The notes beneath the pieces are model-generated. The model ran no database searches. It worked only from the letters and a program-made list of their open reading frames with translations, and was not told the DNA's origin. From IMG/VR virus record IMGVR_UViG_3300045988_173145: DNA of 43,226 bases. One strand, 5' to 3'. This DNA comes from a virus. Position 1 is the first letter of the stretch. Each line of letters starts with the position of its first letter. Of this stretch, positions 33,448-42,246 are shown piece by piece. The translations under genes were made by a program, and so were the position numbers.

Positions 33448-33764
33448 CTCTCCTCTGTGGTGAGTTCGTAAATGTCGAGGTTTTTATTGGTGGCCATGCC
33501 GCGCACAATGTTAATGTTGTCCGCTGTGACATGGATGACATTAACATCCGAGTGCCCATCGCTCACGGGGGCGACGACCAGGAAATTCCTGCCGACCAGC
33601 TCACTGTCGTCGGATACGAGAATGTTTCTGATAGTGCCTGTCATGCGACGTCGCACTAGGCGAATGGTTGATCTGTCGCGTGTTTCTGTCTTCATGGCAT
33701 CTACCGTATGCGTGTGACGACACTGTGCACAACCCACATGGGCGTGGCGTCTATCACATCTCAT
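33444..33764 (-). CDS. Hypothetical protein
   Basis: 106 aa. ATGA overlap with the SNF2 stop. Alternative ATG at 33695. Confidence 0.5.
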   Translation of the reverse strand: MRCDRRHAHVGCAQCRHTHTVDAMKTETRDRSTIRLVRRRMTGTIRNILVSDDSELVGRNFLVVAPVSDGHSDVNVIHVTADNINIVRGMATNKNLDIYELTTEER

Positions 33765-35155
33765 ATGAGGCCGCTCTCACGCAGACGCTCATACCCCGCC
33801 GCCAGCCTGGGCTCCACAGCCGTCACGTCAACAGTATTCTCACACTGCAAAAGAAAACGATTCACCCGTTTCGTTTGCCCCTTACGATTCAAACGGGCGG
33901 ACGCCTGCAAATTCAAAATCACACTATTATCCTCACTCAACCAGATCTCAGTGTTACAAACATTCTGCAGGCCGTCGATCCCTTCTGCGGCGGCCGCAAT
34001 GACGGCACAGAGAATCCGCGGACCATCGGGCTCCAAAAATCGTCGCCATTCATTGCGGTAGTCACTGGACAATTCAACGCTTTGATAGCCGGCGTCGGCC
34101 AGTCGTTTCCGCAATGGCGCCATGAATTTACGTGAGTGGCACCACAGAATAACCCTCTCATCGGACGGCAAATCCGACAGAATGTCGAGAGTAGCGTCGA
34201 TTTTCGAGGATCCTCGCTCCTCGAATTCGACACTATCGTCCACAATTCTCAACGGTCCGAGAGTGATCTGTCTGAGTCTCCCGTCTAGAACGGCGGCGGA
34301 CGAGGCCACGCTGGCACCACCATCCATAACCGCCAAACGATGATCCACGAACTCCCGATACATCCTCTTCTGTTCACGCCGCATCCCACAAGCAACGCGT
34401 TGAACATTTACGGGAGGTAGATCGCCGAAAACCTCACTACCCCGCATCGCAGACCAATTGTCTCCCACAGAATCGCGGAGAGCACCAGGATTCCTCTCGC
34501 CACCATAGATTCTGGCATACGGGGACGCCGCAAAAGGATTGAACTCAGAAACAAAAAACTCATCCGCAAACCGGTAGAAACTACGATCGACACTATCCTG
34601 GTTCAAGAATTTGAGTACCCCGTAAATGTTGACGGGTTTGTTGCCGGCAGGCGTACCCGACAAGCCGAGACGACACCTTGATTTCAGCGCCTTTACGGCC
34701 CGGAAAGATTGGGTGCGATGATTTGCGATACGGTGGACTTCGTCAACGATCACCATGTCGAACGATTTCTTCGAGAAGGAAGCATTCGGCCACTTTCCCG
34801 CGTCCACCGCCTTTCCCAAGGAAACCAACAGCTCGAAATTAATGACCCACCAACCGTTCTTGCCGTTCAACATGTCTTCAATGTTGGCGCGCCCAGCTTT
34901 GGTGGTGCGAGACAGTACTTTCGCTTCCTGGCCGGTGATGGTTTTGATGCTGGCCTGCCATGATGGAATGACGCGTTTGGGGCACACAATGACGACCCGC
35001 CTGTTCGCGTCGAGTTTTTGCGCGGTCCAGATGGCGCCGTATGTTTTGCCACAGCCAGGCTCCCAAGCCAGCAAAGCGCCCCCACCGTCTCGAATCGCGG
35101 TGACGGTGCGGTTGATTTCTCTTTCCTGCGCCCCTGTGGGTTGAATATTAATCAT
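33761..35155 (-). CDS. SNF2-family (DEAD/H-box) helicase
   Basis: GCGKTYGAIW (motif I), MVIVDEVHRIAN (DEVH), LSGTPAGNKPVNIYGVL (III) and QASARLNRKGQTK (VI). Confidence 0.85.
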   Translation of the reverse strand: MINIQPTGAQEREINRTVTAIRDGGGALLAWEPGCGKTYGAIWTAQKLDANRRVVIVCPKRVIPSWQASIKTITGQEAKVLSRTTKAGRANIEDMLNGKNGWWVINFELLVSLGKAVDAGKWPNASFSKKSFDMVIVDEVHRIANHRTQSFRAVKALKSRCRLGLSGTPAGNKPVNIYGVLKFLNQDSVDRSFYRFADEFFVSEFNPFAASPYARIYGGERNPGALRDSVGDNWSAMRGSEVFGDLPPVNVQRVACGMRREQKRMYREFVDHRLAVMDGGASVASSAAVLDGRLRQITLGPLRIVDDSVEFEERGSSKIDATLDILSDLPSDERVILWCHSRKFMAPLRKRLADAGYQSVELSSDYRNEWRRFLEPDGPRILCAVIAAAAEGIDGLQNVCNTEIWLSEDNSVILNLQASARLNRKGQTKRVNRFLLQCENTVDVTAVEPRLAAGYERLRESGLI

Positions 35156-35216
35156 TGAAGTTCGTCCAAACGACTACTAGTAGGCAAATGGTGAGCATGA
35201 ACACGAGGCATGTCAT
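35148..35216 (-). CDS. Possible 22-aa hydrophobic micro-peptide
   Basis: MTCLVFMLTICLLVVVWTNFND is preceded by GGAAAGGAAAGAG. Its stop overlaps the first codons of the SNF2 gene. Confidence 0.25.
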   Translation of the reverse strand: MTCLVFMLTICLLVVVWTNFND

Positions 35217-35240
35217 CTGCTCTTTCCTTTCCGGTATGAG

Positions 35241-35276
35241 GAACCCCGCCCCGTCATTGTCAACGGGGCGGGGTTC
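35241..35276 (-). terminator. 12-bp GC-rich hairpin upstream of the SNF2 gene (no U-tract)
   Basis: gaaccccgcccc (35241-35252) pairs with ggggcggggttc (35265-35276). Confidence 0.45.
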
Positions 35277-35286
35277 ATCGTGACGG

Positions 35287-35604
35287 TCAGTGGGCGATGG
35301 CGTGACGCTGAACGGCGTCCCAGTAGGAGTCTTCGTCCACATCCACCACATAGTAGGGGGTGCCAGTGGAGGAGAAATATTGTCCGATCACATCGTCGGC
35401 GATCGCAGCTACGTCGTAGTCGTCCATCTGGTCCAGGGTGGGGATAATGTCGAACATGATGACGTCATCCCGAGTGCTGCGACGAGCGATGGTATCCATA
35501 ATCTCTCTTCTCTCTGTGTCAGTGCCACCGTCTCTCGGTGACGCCACTAGTATAGGCAGGCTGTGCACGCCCCCGTCAACCCACAGGAGCGTGACTCCGT
35601 TCAC
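35287..35604 (-). CDS. Hypothetical acidic protein
   Basis: 105 aa from GTG 35604 (GTGA overlap). Alternative ATG at 35499 after AGAGAAGAGAGATT. Confidence 0.5.
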   Translation of the reverse strand: MNGVTLLWVDGGVHSLPILVASPRDGGTDTERREIMDTIARRSTRDDVIMFDIIPTLDQMDDYDVAAIADDVIGQYFSSTGTPYYVVDVDEDSYWDAVQRHAIAH

Positions 35605-36500
35605 ATCTCCAGTTGGAGGAGAGACAACGCCCTACCCACAGCCGCGCTCACGTCACCGCCGCACTCCAGCAACCTCATGCAATCGAACACCGTGTGCGCC
35701 CGCCCATCCGCGAGCGGATCATCCGCATGATGCGAGAAGACCAGACCACTGTCCAACATCGTCACACCCGGGGCCGTATCGCCGCCACGCGTATACCGCC
35801 AACGCCGCCCCACCGACTCGTAAGGCCAACAAAACAAACCCACAAGATCATTAAACCCATACTTTGAATTGAACTCGCCAATCACCCCACCATAGCCGCC
35901 ATCGGGCACAGAAGACAAAGAAACAACATCATTCTTCTCCTCATACCCGATATTCTCCAGCCACTTATCAACACTCAAACGGGCACCGTCAATAAGCCAA
36001 TGACGCACCCTCAAACCAAGACGATGCGACGGCAGGAAAAAAGCGCGGGACGCCTCAGCACACGACCCATCCCACTGGGCCACGGGCCCCAACACACTGA
36101 AACACGTCCGGCCGATCGCCTCACTTTCTCCCGCGGTCATGCTGCGAGTGCACGGCAGAACAACGCGGAAACGCGGGGATGGGAAAGACGACGATGCCGT
36201 CTCCCACACAATACCAGCGAGATTCGCCACACGCATACGATCCCCAACAAAATCTTTCCGCGACCCATGATCCGCGTCCAAAACAATCGCGGACCGGGAC
36301 ACGAAATTCCTTTTCTGCCGCCTGCCTCCTGAAAGAATGCCAGCAAAAAACGCGGGAGCATCATATTTCTCGCATTTCGAGGGCGCCTCACAAAGGGCAG
36401 CAAAATCACTAAGATTCACGCTAGTGGCACGCCACCCTGTGATGGAGCGAACACTGGCCGCTACCATCACAGGGAAACGCACCCCGAAAACATCACTCAC
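35601..36500 (-). CDS. Archaeo-eukaryotic-type (AEP, VirE/BT4734-like) primase-polymerase
   Basis: SAIVLDADHG (DxD), PRFRVVLPC and WDGSCAEASRAFFLPSH resemble AEP motifs I-III. It is upstream-adjacent to the DUF3987-like gene. Confidence 0.55.
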   Translation of the reverse strand: MSDVFGVRFPVMVAASVRSITGWRATSVNLSDFAALCEAPSKCEKYDAPAFFAGILSGGRRQKRNFVSRSAIVLDADHGSRKDFVGDRMRVANLAGIVWETASSSFPSPRFRVVLPCTRSMTAGESEAIGRTCFSVLGPVAQWDGSCAEASRAFFLPSHRLGLRVRHWLIDGARLSVDKWLENIGYEEKNDVVSLSSVPDGGYGGVIGEFNSKYGFNDLVGLFCWPYESVGRRWRYTRGGDTAPGVTMLDSGLVFSHHADDPLADGRAHTVFDCMRLLECGGDVSAAVGRALSLLQLEM

Positions 36501-38064
36501 CGCACGATGGTTCCGCTATCTGATCCCGCAGAATCGCCTCCACGAGATCATTATCCACAATGGCACCTTCCGTCCGGAACTTCACGCCCCGACGAAGAAT
36601 ATACTGCCGATACTCCTCCACGCTCCGCGGGGACAAGTTCTTCGCTTCCAGCACCTGATAAAGGCGCGTCTCGGTCGGCGGATTACTACTGAAATCATCT
36701 ACCATGCGCGTCAAATCCGGAACAAAAACGTAGTCGATCATTTTCAGCGCGTCAGGCAGCCAGAAATCGGAGGCCAGACTGAAAGCTTTCCGAACGGCGG
36801 ACGATGACACGCCCATCTGCTGCTCGAAAAGAGACAGAATAGCAGCCACGCGCATAATATGATTCCCCATACGGTCAATGACCGCCTGCACTGCCCGTCG
36901 GAAAGGCGACTCACGGGCCGCCTCCCTAGACCAGGCCCGCATCGTTTCTACCCAAACATTCCGGGCCGACTCGGTCACGGTCATAACCATTGGCGTATTG
37001 ACGGGCCAAAACTCGGTGCCACAAGTGACAGTACCACGGAATTCATGCTGCATCATACCCAGCATTGTTGAAATGCATTCGGAAGCATGCTCAACAAAAC
37101 TATCACCACGATGCGCGTTCAGGTCATTGTTGGTGACCCATCCGAAAGACGAAGGATCAGACTGGCGGTCCTCCTCATCCAACGCGAAAAGAATACGCGG
37201 ACCCCACCCAGTCTCGAACAATGACTGCGTCATATTATCGACTACGTCGCCGAGAATTCCGGTGCCGCAGAAAGCAAGAGAATGAGGAACCCTCTCACTG
37301 TCTGCCCGCCTGACACCGTCGTCACCGACACGCACGGACTCGACAGTCCTACCCGAGTAGACGTCGGTCAGGAATCCGATGAGCCCGCTACGATAACCCT
37401 CCCCCTGTGACGCGGAGTACATGTTCTGTAGTTCGTCCACGAACATGATAGACGCCCCGCCAGGACGCTGCGCCATCCGCAAATTCAGGCCTTCGGCCGT
37501 CACATTAGACCCGAACATAACATTCGCCATAAGAGACCGCTCACACGGACTATTGTCGATAGTATTCAGCAAATCTTTACGATCAGCCTCGAACCCGGTG
37601 ATGCGATTATTGATATCGTCCCGCTCGGCACGGTACTCGTCAATATCAATACGACCACTCCTCTTCTCCAAGGATTCCAGACGACGGTACAGCATGCGGA
37701 GCGCTGAATCAACCTCCTGCACGGCCACCAAAGACCCTGACGAATCCCAGTGAAACGCGCCCACGCAATCGTCAAAAAAACTACGCACCAAAGACTGCGC
37801 CGTAGTTTTCCTCGACAAAGTAGACGCCCCAAGGCAATGAGAGTACAAAGTCAACGGCACCATGTTCTGCGCGCTCGCAGACAAATGAGTTCTCGCAGAC
37901 AACGGCGCAGACACCATCGTCAAGAAAGTCGTCCACAGAAACCTGGACGGCGTCTCCGGCGACCTGGACTGCAAATAATCAATGATCCTGTCAGCGAACC
38001 AATCATAATGCGTGCCACCATCCGGGGACGCGAACTCGTAATCCGCAATCTTCTCGACACTCAA
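36493..38064 (-). CDS. DUF3987-like protein (putative primase-associated helicase/NTPase)
   Basis: 523 aa. Walker B-like SIMFVDELQNMY, and only a degenerate P-loop (GASTLSRKT). Coupled to the primase gene (GTGAGTGA). TTG start. Confidence 0.4.
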   Translation of the reverse strand: MSVEKIADYEFASPDGGTHYDWFADRIIDYLQSRSPETPSRFLWTTFLTMVSAPLSARTHLSASAQNMVPLTLYSHCLGASTLSRKTTAQSLVRSFFDDCVGAFHWDSSGSLVAVQEVDSALRMLYRRLESLEKRSGRIDIDEYRAERDDINNRITGFEADRKDLLNTIDNSPCERSLMANVMFGSNVTAEGLNLRMAQRPGGASIMFVDELQNMYSASQGEGYRSGLIGFLTDVYSGRTVESVRVGDDGVRRADSERVPHSLAFCGTGILGDVVDNMTQSLFETGWGPRILFALDEEDRQSDPSSFGWVTNNDLNAHRGDSFVEHASECISTMLGMMQHEFRGTVTCGTEFWPVNTPMVMTVTESARNVWVETMRAWSREAARESPFRRAVQAVIDRMGNHIMRVAAILSLFEQQMGVSSSAVRKAFSLASDFWLPDALKMIDYVFVPDLTRMVDDFSSNPPTETRLYQVLEAKNLSPRSVEEYRQYILRRGVKFRTEGAIVDNDLVEAILRDQIAEPSCGE

Positions 38065-38375
38065 TTGTCCTCCCCCTCCACGTGGGCAAGAAAACTATTG
38101 AAAGCGTCAAGAATCTCGTCGCCGTCGAAAGTGTAGCCGACGTCAAACATGGGGCCCCAGTAGCGGTTCGTCTGTTCGAAAATCGCCGCCTTGTAACCGC
38201 GCACAGTATCCGCTTCGAAAATAAAGCGGTGCCCCAGCGATGCGACCACAATGTGGATACTATTGTTCCAGGCGCTTACTTCCAGGCCGAGCGAATCATT
38301 TCCGCCCTTGCTGGCGTAATTCTTGCACGTCTCGGTGACGTGCTTCAGGAATTCCCAGTCGAATAGCTTGATCAT
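38061..38375 (-). CDS. Hypothetical protein
   Basis: ATG 38375 forms an ATGA overlap with the upstream stop. 104 aa. Confidence 0.55.
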   Translation of the reverse strand: MIKLFDWEFLKHVTETCKNYASKGGNDSLGLEVSAWNNSIHIVVASLGHRFIFEADTVRGYKAAIFEQTNRYWGPMFDVGYTFDGDEILDAFNSFLAHVEGEDN

Positions 38376-38680
38376 TTGTCCTCCCACAGTCTTGTCTTGA
38401 TTTCGTTGAGCAGCTCCTGAAGCTCCCATGCCCCACTTCCCTTCACTGTTGTTATTGTTTCGTTCGTGTCGCGATCTCGAACACTCACAGAATACTCGCC
38501 CCCCACAATGGAGAGAGTGCACCCGTACCGTTTCCCGATGACGTCCATGTAGAGGACGGGCAGATCACTGTCTACACTGGCATCCTCCCCAGCGTCCAAC
38601 AAAATTGACTCGCAGCGCGAGTCATTGAGCATCTCCACAATGAACTCAGTCACGACCGGCCGCAGCTCATCGTTAATCAT
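38372..38680 (-). CDS. Hypothetical acidic protein
   Basis: 102 aa, coupled to neighbours on both sides. Confidence 0.55.
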   Translation of the reverse strand: MINDELRPVVTEFIVEMLNDSRCESILLDAGEDASVDSDLPVLYMDVIGKRYGCTLSIVGGEYSVSVRDRDTNETITTVKGSGAWELQELLNEIKTRLWEDK

Positions 38681-39012
38681 GACTCCTGCCCTTCCCTCAT
38701 GCCGGCCAGCTCTGCGAAGCGATTCACGGCATGGACGATGAGGTCCCGGTCGGCGTCGACACCATCCAACCTAATATGATTCGACAGCTGAACGACGCGA
38801 ACCCGCCACTCCTTGTCTTTCGTGACAATAATCCTGAAGACAGTCCTATCGGCGGGGTTCATGGCCATCGCCTTGAAGAAAACCTCGGAAAGGCGGCCGC
38901 CTTCATTGTGGCCCCGCAAAGCGACGATAGAACACTGGGGCCACTTGACGAAATCGCCAACACAGCTACCGAGGAAGGCGAACACCGCCTTATCGGTACT
39001 GGAGTCACTCAT
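38677..39012 (-). CDS. Hypothetical protein
   Basis: ATG 39012 (ATGAGTGA overlap with the upstream stop). 111 aa. Confidence 0.55.
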   Translation of the reverse strand: MSDSSTDKAVFAFLGSCVGDFVKWPQCSIVALRGHNEGGRLSEVFFKAMAMNPADRTVFRIIVTKDKEWRVRVVQLSNHIRLDGVDADRDLIVHAVNRFAELAGMREGQES

Positions 39013-39286
39013 TGCCGGCCGCTTCACTGCGGTTCGCCGCGACAATCAAAGCGCGGTGGACGAACTCGCCGACACTTTCCGGAGAAATCACGGTACTCTT
39101 CCGCTTAACGTGCCTTACCCTCACCGTGTCGCCAGCGACCACGATACGGCAAGTGCTGCCAATAGTAATGATGCCGCCGTCATAAATCTTACGGGCAGGC
39201 GCATGCACGTTGAACTCGTGGCGACGCCCGTCATCATTCCACTCACGAACCGCCTGAGTAACAACCGTCTCAAAAACTGCACCCAT
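39005..39286 (-). CDS. Hypothetical protein
   Basis: 93 aa. RBS GGGAAGAAAGAGG. Confidence 0.55.
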   Translation of the reverse strand: MGAVFETVVTQAVREWNDDGRRHEFNVHAPARKIYDGGIITIGSTCRIVVAGDTVRVRHVKRKSTVISPESVGEFVHRALIVAANRSEAAGNE

Positions 39287-39350
39287 AGTAATGCCTCTTT
39301 CTTCCCAATAATGTGATGGATACTACCATTTACCGTTGAAAGGCGTTGGG

Positions 39351-39842
39351 TTAAATGTCGAAGCCGATCACCTCCTCCGCTGGCACATCCGCCAGATCAC
39401 ACAAATCGACCAGCCTGTCTCTGGCGTCAGACAAAGAGAGCCTCCACTCCGGCGATTCCTTCTCACTGCCCCGCATTCCTTCCAGGCAAAGAATGAAATC
39501 GTACGCCAGACGGGCGCTCTCCTCCTTTATCTCCTGCCGCCTAACGTGCTTGCGAATCCACCTGGCCGCAACGGCCGTGTTCTCCCCCATAGTGAAAATC
39601 TTCCTCCACCACGCGTCCACTGCCGTGTCTTTCGGACTGAAATACCAAGCCGTCGGCCTACCGTCGTCGAAAACGTACGTTTCAATAACACTAGCCTTAG
39701 TGTCCCAGATCACGACGGTAAAGCCAGCATCATCGTAATGGATGGAAGTGGCGGGAGGCATATTCTCCCGAATAAACCCCATTTCAACGTCACGGTCGGT
39801 CACCCCCTCACTATCGGGGCCATCATATTCAAACCATGGCAT
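39351..39842 (-). CDS. Hypothetical protein
   Basis: 163 aa. RBS GAGAGGAAGAGGAGAAGAGG. Confidence 0.6.
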   Translation of the reverse strand: MPWFEYDGPDSEGVTDRDVEMGFIRENMPPATSIHYDDAGFTVVIWDTKASVIETYVFDDGRPTAWYFSPKDTAVDAWWRKIFTMGENTAVAARWIRKHVRRQEIKEESARLAYDFILCLEGMRGSEKESPEWRLSLSDARDRLVDLCDLADVPAEEVIGFDI

Positions 39843-39880
39843 GATCCTCTTCTCCTCTTCCTCTCAGAATTGCGGTGGTG

Positions 39881-40795
39881 TCAGACGACCCTACTGTCAG
39901 AAATCTCCCGGATGCGATCACAGAACCAACACCACGCCTCCTCCACGGCGTCCGAACGATCAGGGGAATCCAACGCGCCAGGGGCAAGCTCAACACCACT
40001 CCTATCCGCGCCCACAGCAATCTGCCCAACAATCTCACCATTGAAATAGGCGACCATCACAGAATCACCCGCCATCGCAAGAGTAATACCACAATCGTTC
40101 GCCGCCGAAACAAGACCATCCATAACAGAAGCGCCAACAACAAGACAGTCAAACATTTCCTGCACACTATCCGCAATATTCTCAGTACGGGTCACACCAA
40201 CATCGGTCCCCCATTGGAGAGTCTCAACATTGTCCACGGTCAACGCAGCCTCACCGGAAACGAACGTCATCTCGCCCAACGGCTTCGTGTAAACGTGGAA
40301 TCGCGTTGAATGGGTGAGTGGCTTCGCCGGCCTCCACCGAGTAGTAGCCTCCACGGGAGTGCGGGAACACCCAATAACAGGATCATGGGTGAGATCATCC
40401 ACGAAGTGGTCCCAGACGGGGCGCATTGACTCGTCCTCCCCAGTGAACGGGTCAATGTCCAGCTCGGCGCCGCTGCGCCTCATAGCGACCGCCATGGTGC
40501 CAATCGTAGCCCCGCCGGACGACAGCGTCAGAGTCGAAAACTCGTCCTCGTCAACATAGAGGCCATGCTCATCGGCCAGAGTAAGAATGCGATCATAAAT
40601 CCTCGCCATACCCACCATGGAAGCCAGTCCCTCGTTAGCTGAACGACGGTCGTCCGGAAATTCGGGGAGGTAGCAGGGTACAAGGCGGTCGGACAGAAGA
40701 ATGTCCGCCCCATCCATTACCTGCATTGTGCTGTCCGACCAAACGCCCTGTGACCAATTCGTGACGTCAATGGTGAGATGCGCTTCATAAAACAC
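39881..40795 (-). CDS. Hypothetical protein with an internally duplicated domain
   Basis: 304 aa with a GTG start after GAGGAAGAGGAAG. The repeated segments are GGATIGTMAVAMRRSGAELD and NGEIVGQIAVGADRSGVELA. Confidence 0.6.
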   Translation of the reverse strand: MFYEAHLTIDVTNWSQGVWSDSTMQVMDGADILLSDRLVPCYLPEFPDDRRSANEGLASMVGMARIYDRILTLADEHGLYVDEDEFSTLTLSSGGATIGTMAVAMRRSGAELDIDPFTGEDESMRPVWDHFVDDLTHDPVIGCSRTPVEATTRWRPAKPLTHSTRFHVYTKPLGEMTFVSGEAALTVDNVETLQWGTDVGVTRTENIADSVQEMFDCLVVGASVMDGLVSAANDCGITLAMAGDSVMVAYFNGEIVGQIAVGADRSGVELAPGALDSPDRSDAVEEAWCWFCDRIREISDSRVV

Positions 40796-40843
40796 GACTT
40801 CCTCTTCCTCTAGTGTTTGTGCTGTTCGGAATTGCGGGGCGCG

Positions 40844-41026
40844 TTACCGCACACCCAGCGCACCCCACAGGACCCAGATAGCCGCCACGACACCGAGCGT
40901 CCCCACCGCGGCGAAGCATGATGCGGTCAGGTAGATGATGGTGGCCAGGATGATTTCGCTGCCCCTTCTCGAAGGGCGGCGGGTCGCAACGTTGGTGTGA
41001 CGTGGTGCCGCATGCCTCATGCTCAT
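40844..41026 (-). CDS. Small membrane protein
   Basis: 60 aa with a strong RBS (AAGAGGAGACAACC ATG). Basic N-terminus, then two hydrophobic helices. Confidence 0.55.
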   Translation of the reverse strand: MSMRHAAPRHTNVATRRPSRRGSEIILATIIYLTASCFAAVGTLGVVAAIWVLWGALGVR

Positions 41027-41330
41027 GGTTGTCTCCTCTTTCCCTGTGATGGTCTTGGTTGTGTTGTGGGGCGCCTTGCTTTGCCCCCGATGGCCTTAAC
41101 TCTAGGATCACGACGCTCGCCCTGTCTACCCCACCTGGACGAGACGTCCATCACAGTCCAGTGCGCCAGTTCCCGACATGGTCGGCCCATCACCCCCAGA
41201 ACGTCGGGGGATGGGCTACATGCGGCCGCATCCTCCATCCCATGCAATCACGAGATAGAGGATGCGATGCCAGTCCAACGGAAGAGACGCTCCCAGCGTC
41301 GAGGAGCGGACGCCTCAGTGTCGCACCGTC

Positions 41331-41768
41331 TCACACAACGTCAATGCCTCTCTCTTCCAGCACGCCACCAATCTCCTCGACATTCCCCTGATCAACGCCA
41401 GCAACGCTGATACCGCACTCGATCTCGCCGTCACTGTGCTCAATAATTTCAAGCTCAAGTGAGACGCGGTCCAGCCCGAAAACGATTTCCCTGCCCAATA
41501 GTGCGACGGGATGCACGTCCACATATCCGATGCCGCGGAGAATGTCGAGGGCACGGAACATCATGTCAGCACCACGCGCAACAGCGGCGAGCAGTGTCGT
41601 CATATGTTCGGGTGTCTCTTTTTTGTCGGCGACACTCACCATGTAGTTCGTGCCATCCGTGTGCTCGATCATAATTGCGAGCCGAGCCGGGGAATCGTCT
41701 GACGGCTTCGCGATTCTGTGCAGGTCTATGCGTCGGATGAGCATTCCCGCGTCTACTGTGTTGCCCAT
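41331..41768 (-). CDS. Hypothetical protein (first early gene), paralogous to the domains of 39881..40795
   Basis: ATG 41768 follows GAAAGGATGGGAG. It contains DGEIECGISVAGVDQGNVEE, which is similar to the repeats in 39881..40795. Confidence 0.55.
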   Translation of the reverse strand: MGNTVDAGMLIRRIDLHRIAKPSDDSPARLAIMIEHTDGTNYMVSVADKKETPEHMTTLLAAVARGADMMFRALDILRGIGYVDVHPVALLGREIVFGLDRVSLELEIIEHSDGEIECGISVAGVDQGNVEEIGGVLEERGIDVV

Positions 41769-41817
41769 GTACTCCCATCCTTTCTTCCTTGTGTGCACCG
41801 ACCTCGGTACCGTGTCT

Positions 41818-41848
41818 ATCATAGAAGAGCGGTGCATGGTGCTGTCAA
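41818..41848 (-). promoter_or_regulatory. Candidate leftward early promoter
   Basis: On the minus strand: TTGACA (plus coordinates 41843-41848), a 19-nt spacer and TATGAT (41818-41823), about 45 nt upstream of ATG 41768. The spacer is longer than optimal. Confidence 0.35.
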
Positions 41849-41927
41849 CACCCAACACGTGTGATCCGCGTCTCGGTGGCTCTAGGAGTCCCGGGGGCTT
41901 GCGCCCCATCCGTGCCATCCTGCAAGC

Positions 41928-42185
41928 ATGGACACTTCAACCTCTCCGAACATCTCACCCCTCCTCGAGCCCGAGACCGCGATGGCTCTCATGCTCCGCT
42001 ACGTCGAAGACAACGAGGAGGTCGCTCGCCAGTACGCGCGCGCGATGATTCGATCTTTCATGTTCGACCTCGACACCCGCGATGTTTACCACCTTATGAA
42101 CAACATCATCACCGAGACCACGAATGATATCCGGAAATTCGAGGGGGGGGCGGCGAGCCGGAGCGACGTGAGCTGCGACGGCTGA
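41928..42185 (+). CDS. Hypothetical protein whose reading frame depends on a G8 run at 42143-42150
   Basis: 85 aa as written. The -1 frame after the G-run stays open to 42217 and encodes GEPERRELRRLIDRVKAELED. Confidence 0.45.
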   Translation: MDTSTSPNISPLLEPETAMALMLRYVEDNEEVARQYARAMIRSFMFDLDTRDVYHLMNNIITETTNDIRKFEGGAASRSDVSCDG

Positions 42186-42246
42186 TCGACCGCGTCAAGG
42201 CCGAGCTGGAAGACTAAGCCGCCCGTCCCGCCCAAAAAGAAAGAAC

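Noticed and set aside
40785-41111. 108-aa minus-strand ORF overlapping the small membrane protein gene.
   Set aside because: The translation is H/R/G/P-rich with no RBS. The alternative 60-aa frame (40844..41026) has a strong AAGAGGAGA RBS and clear TM helices.
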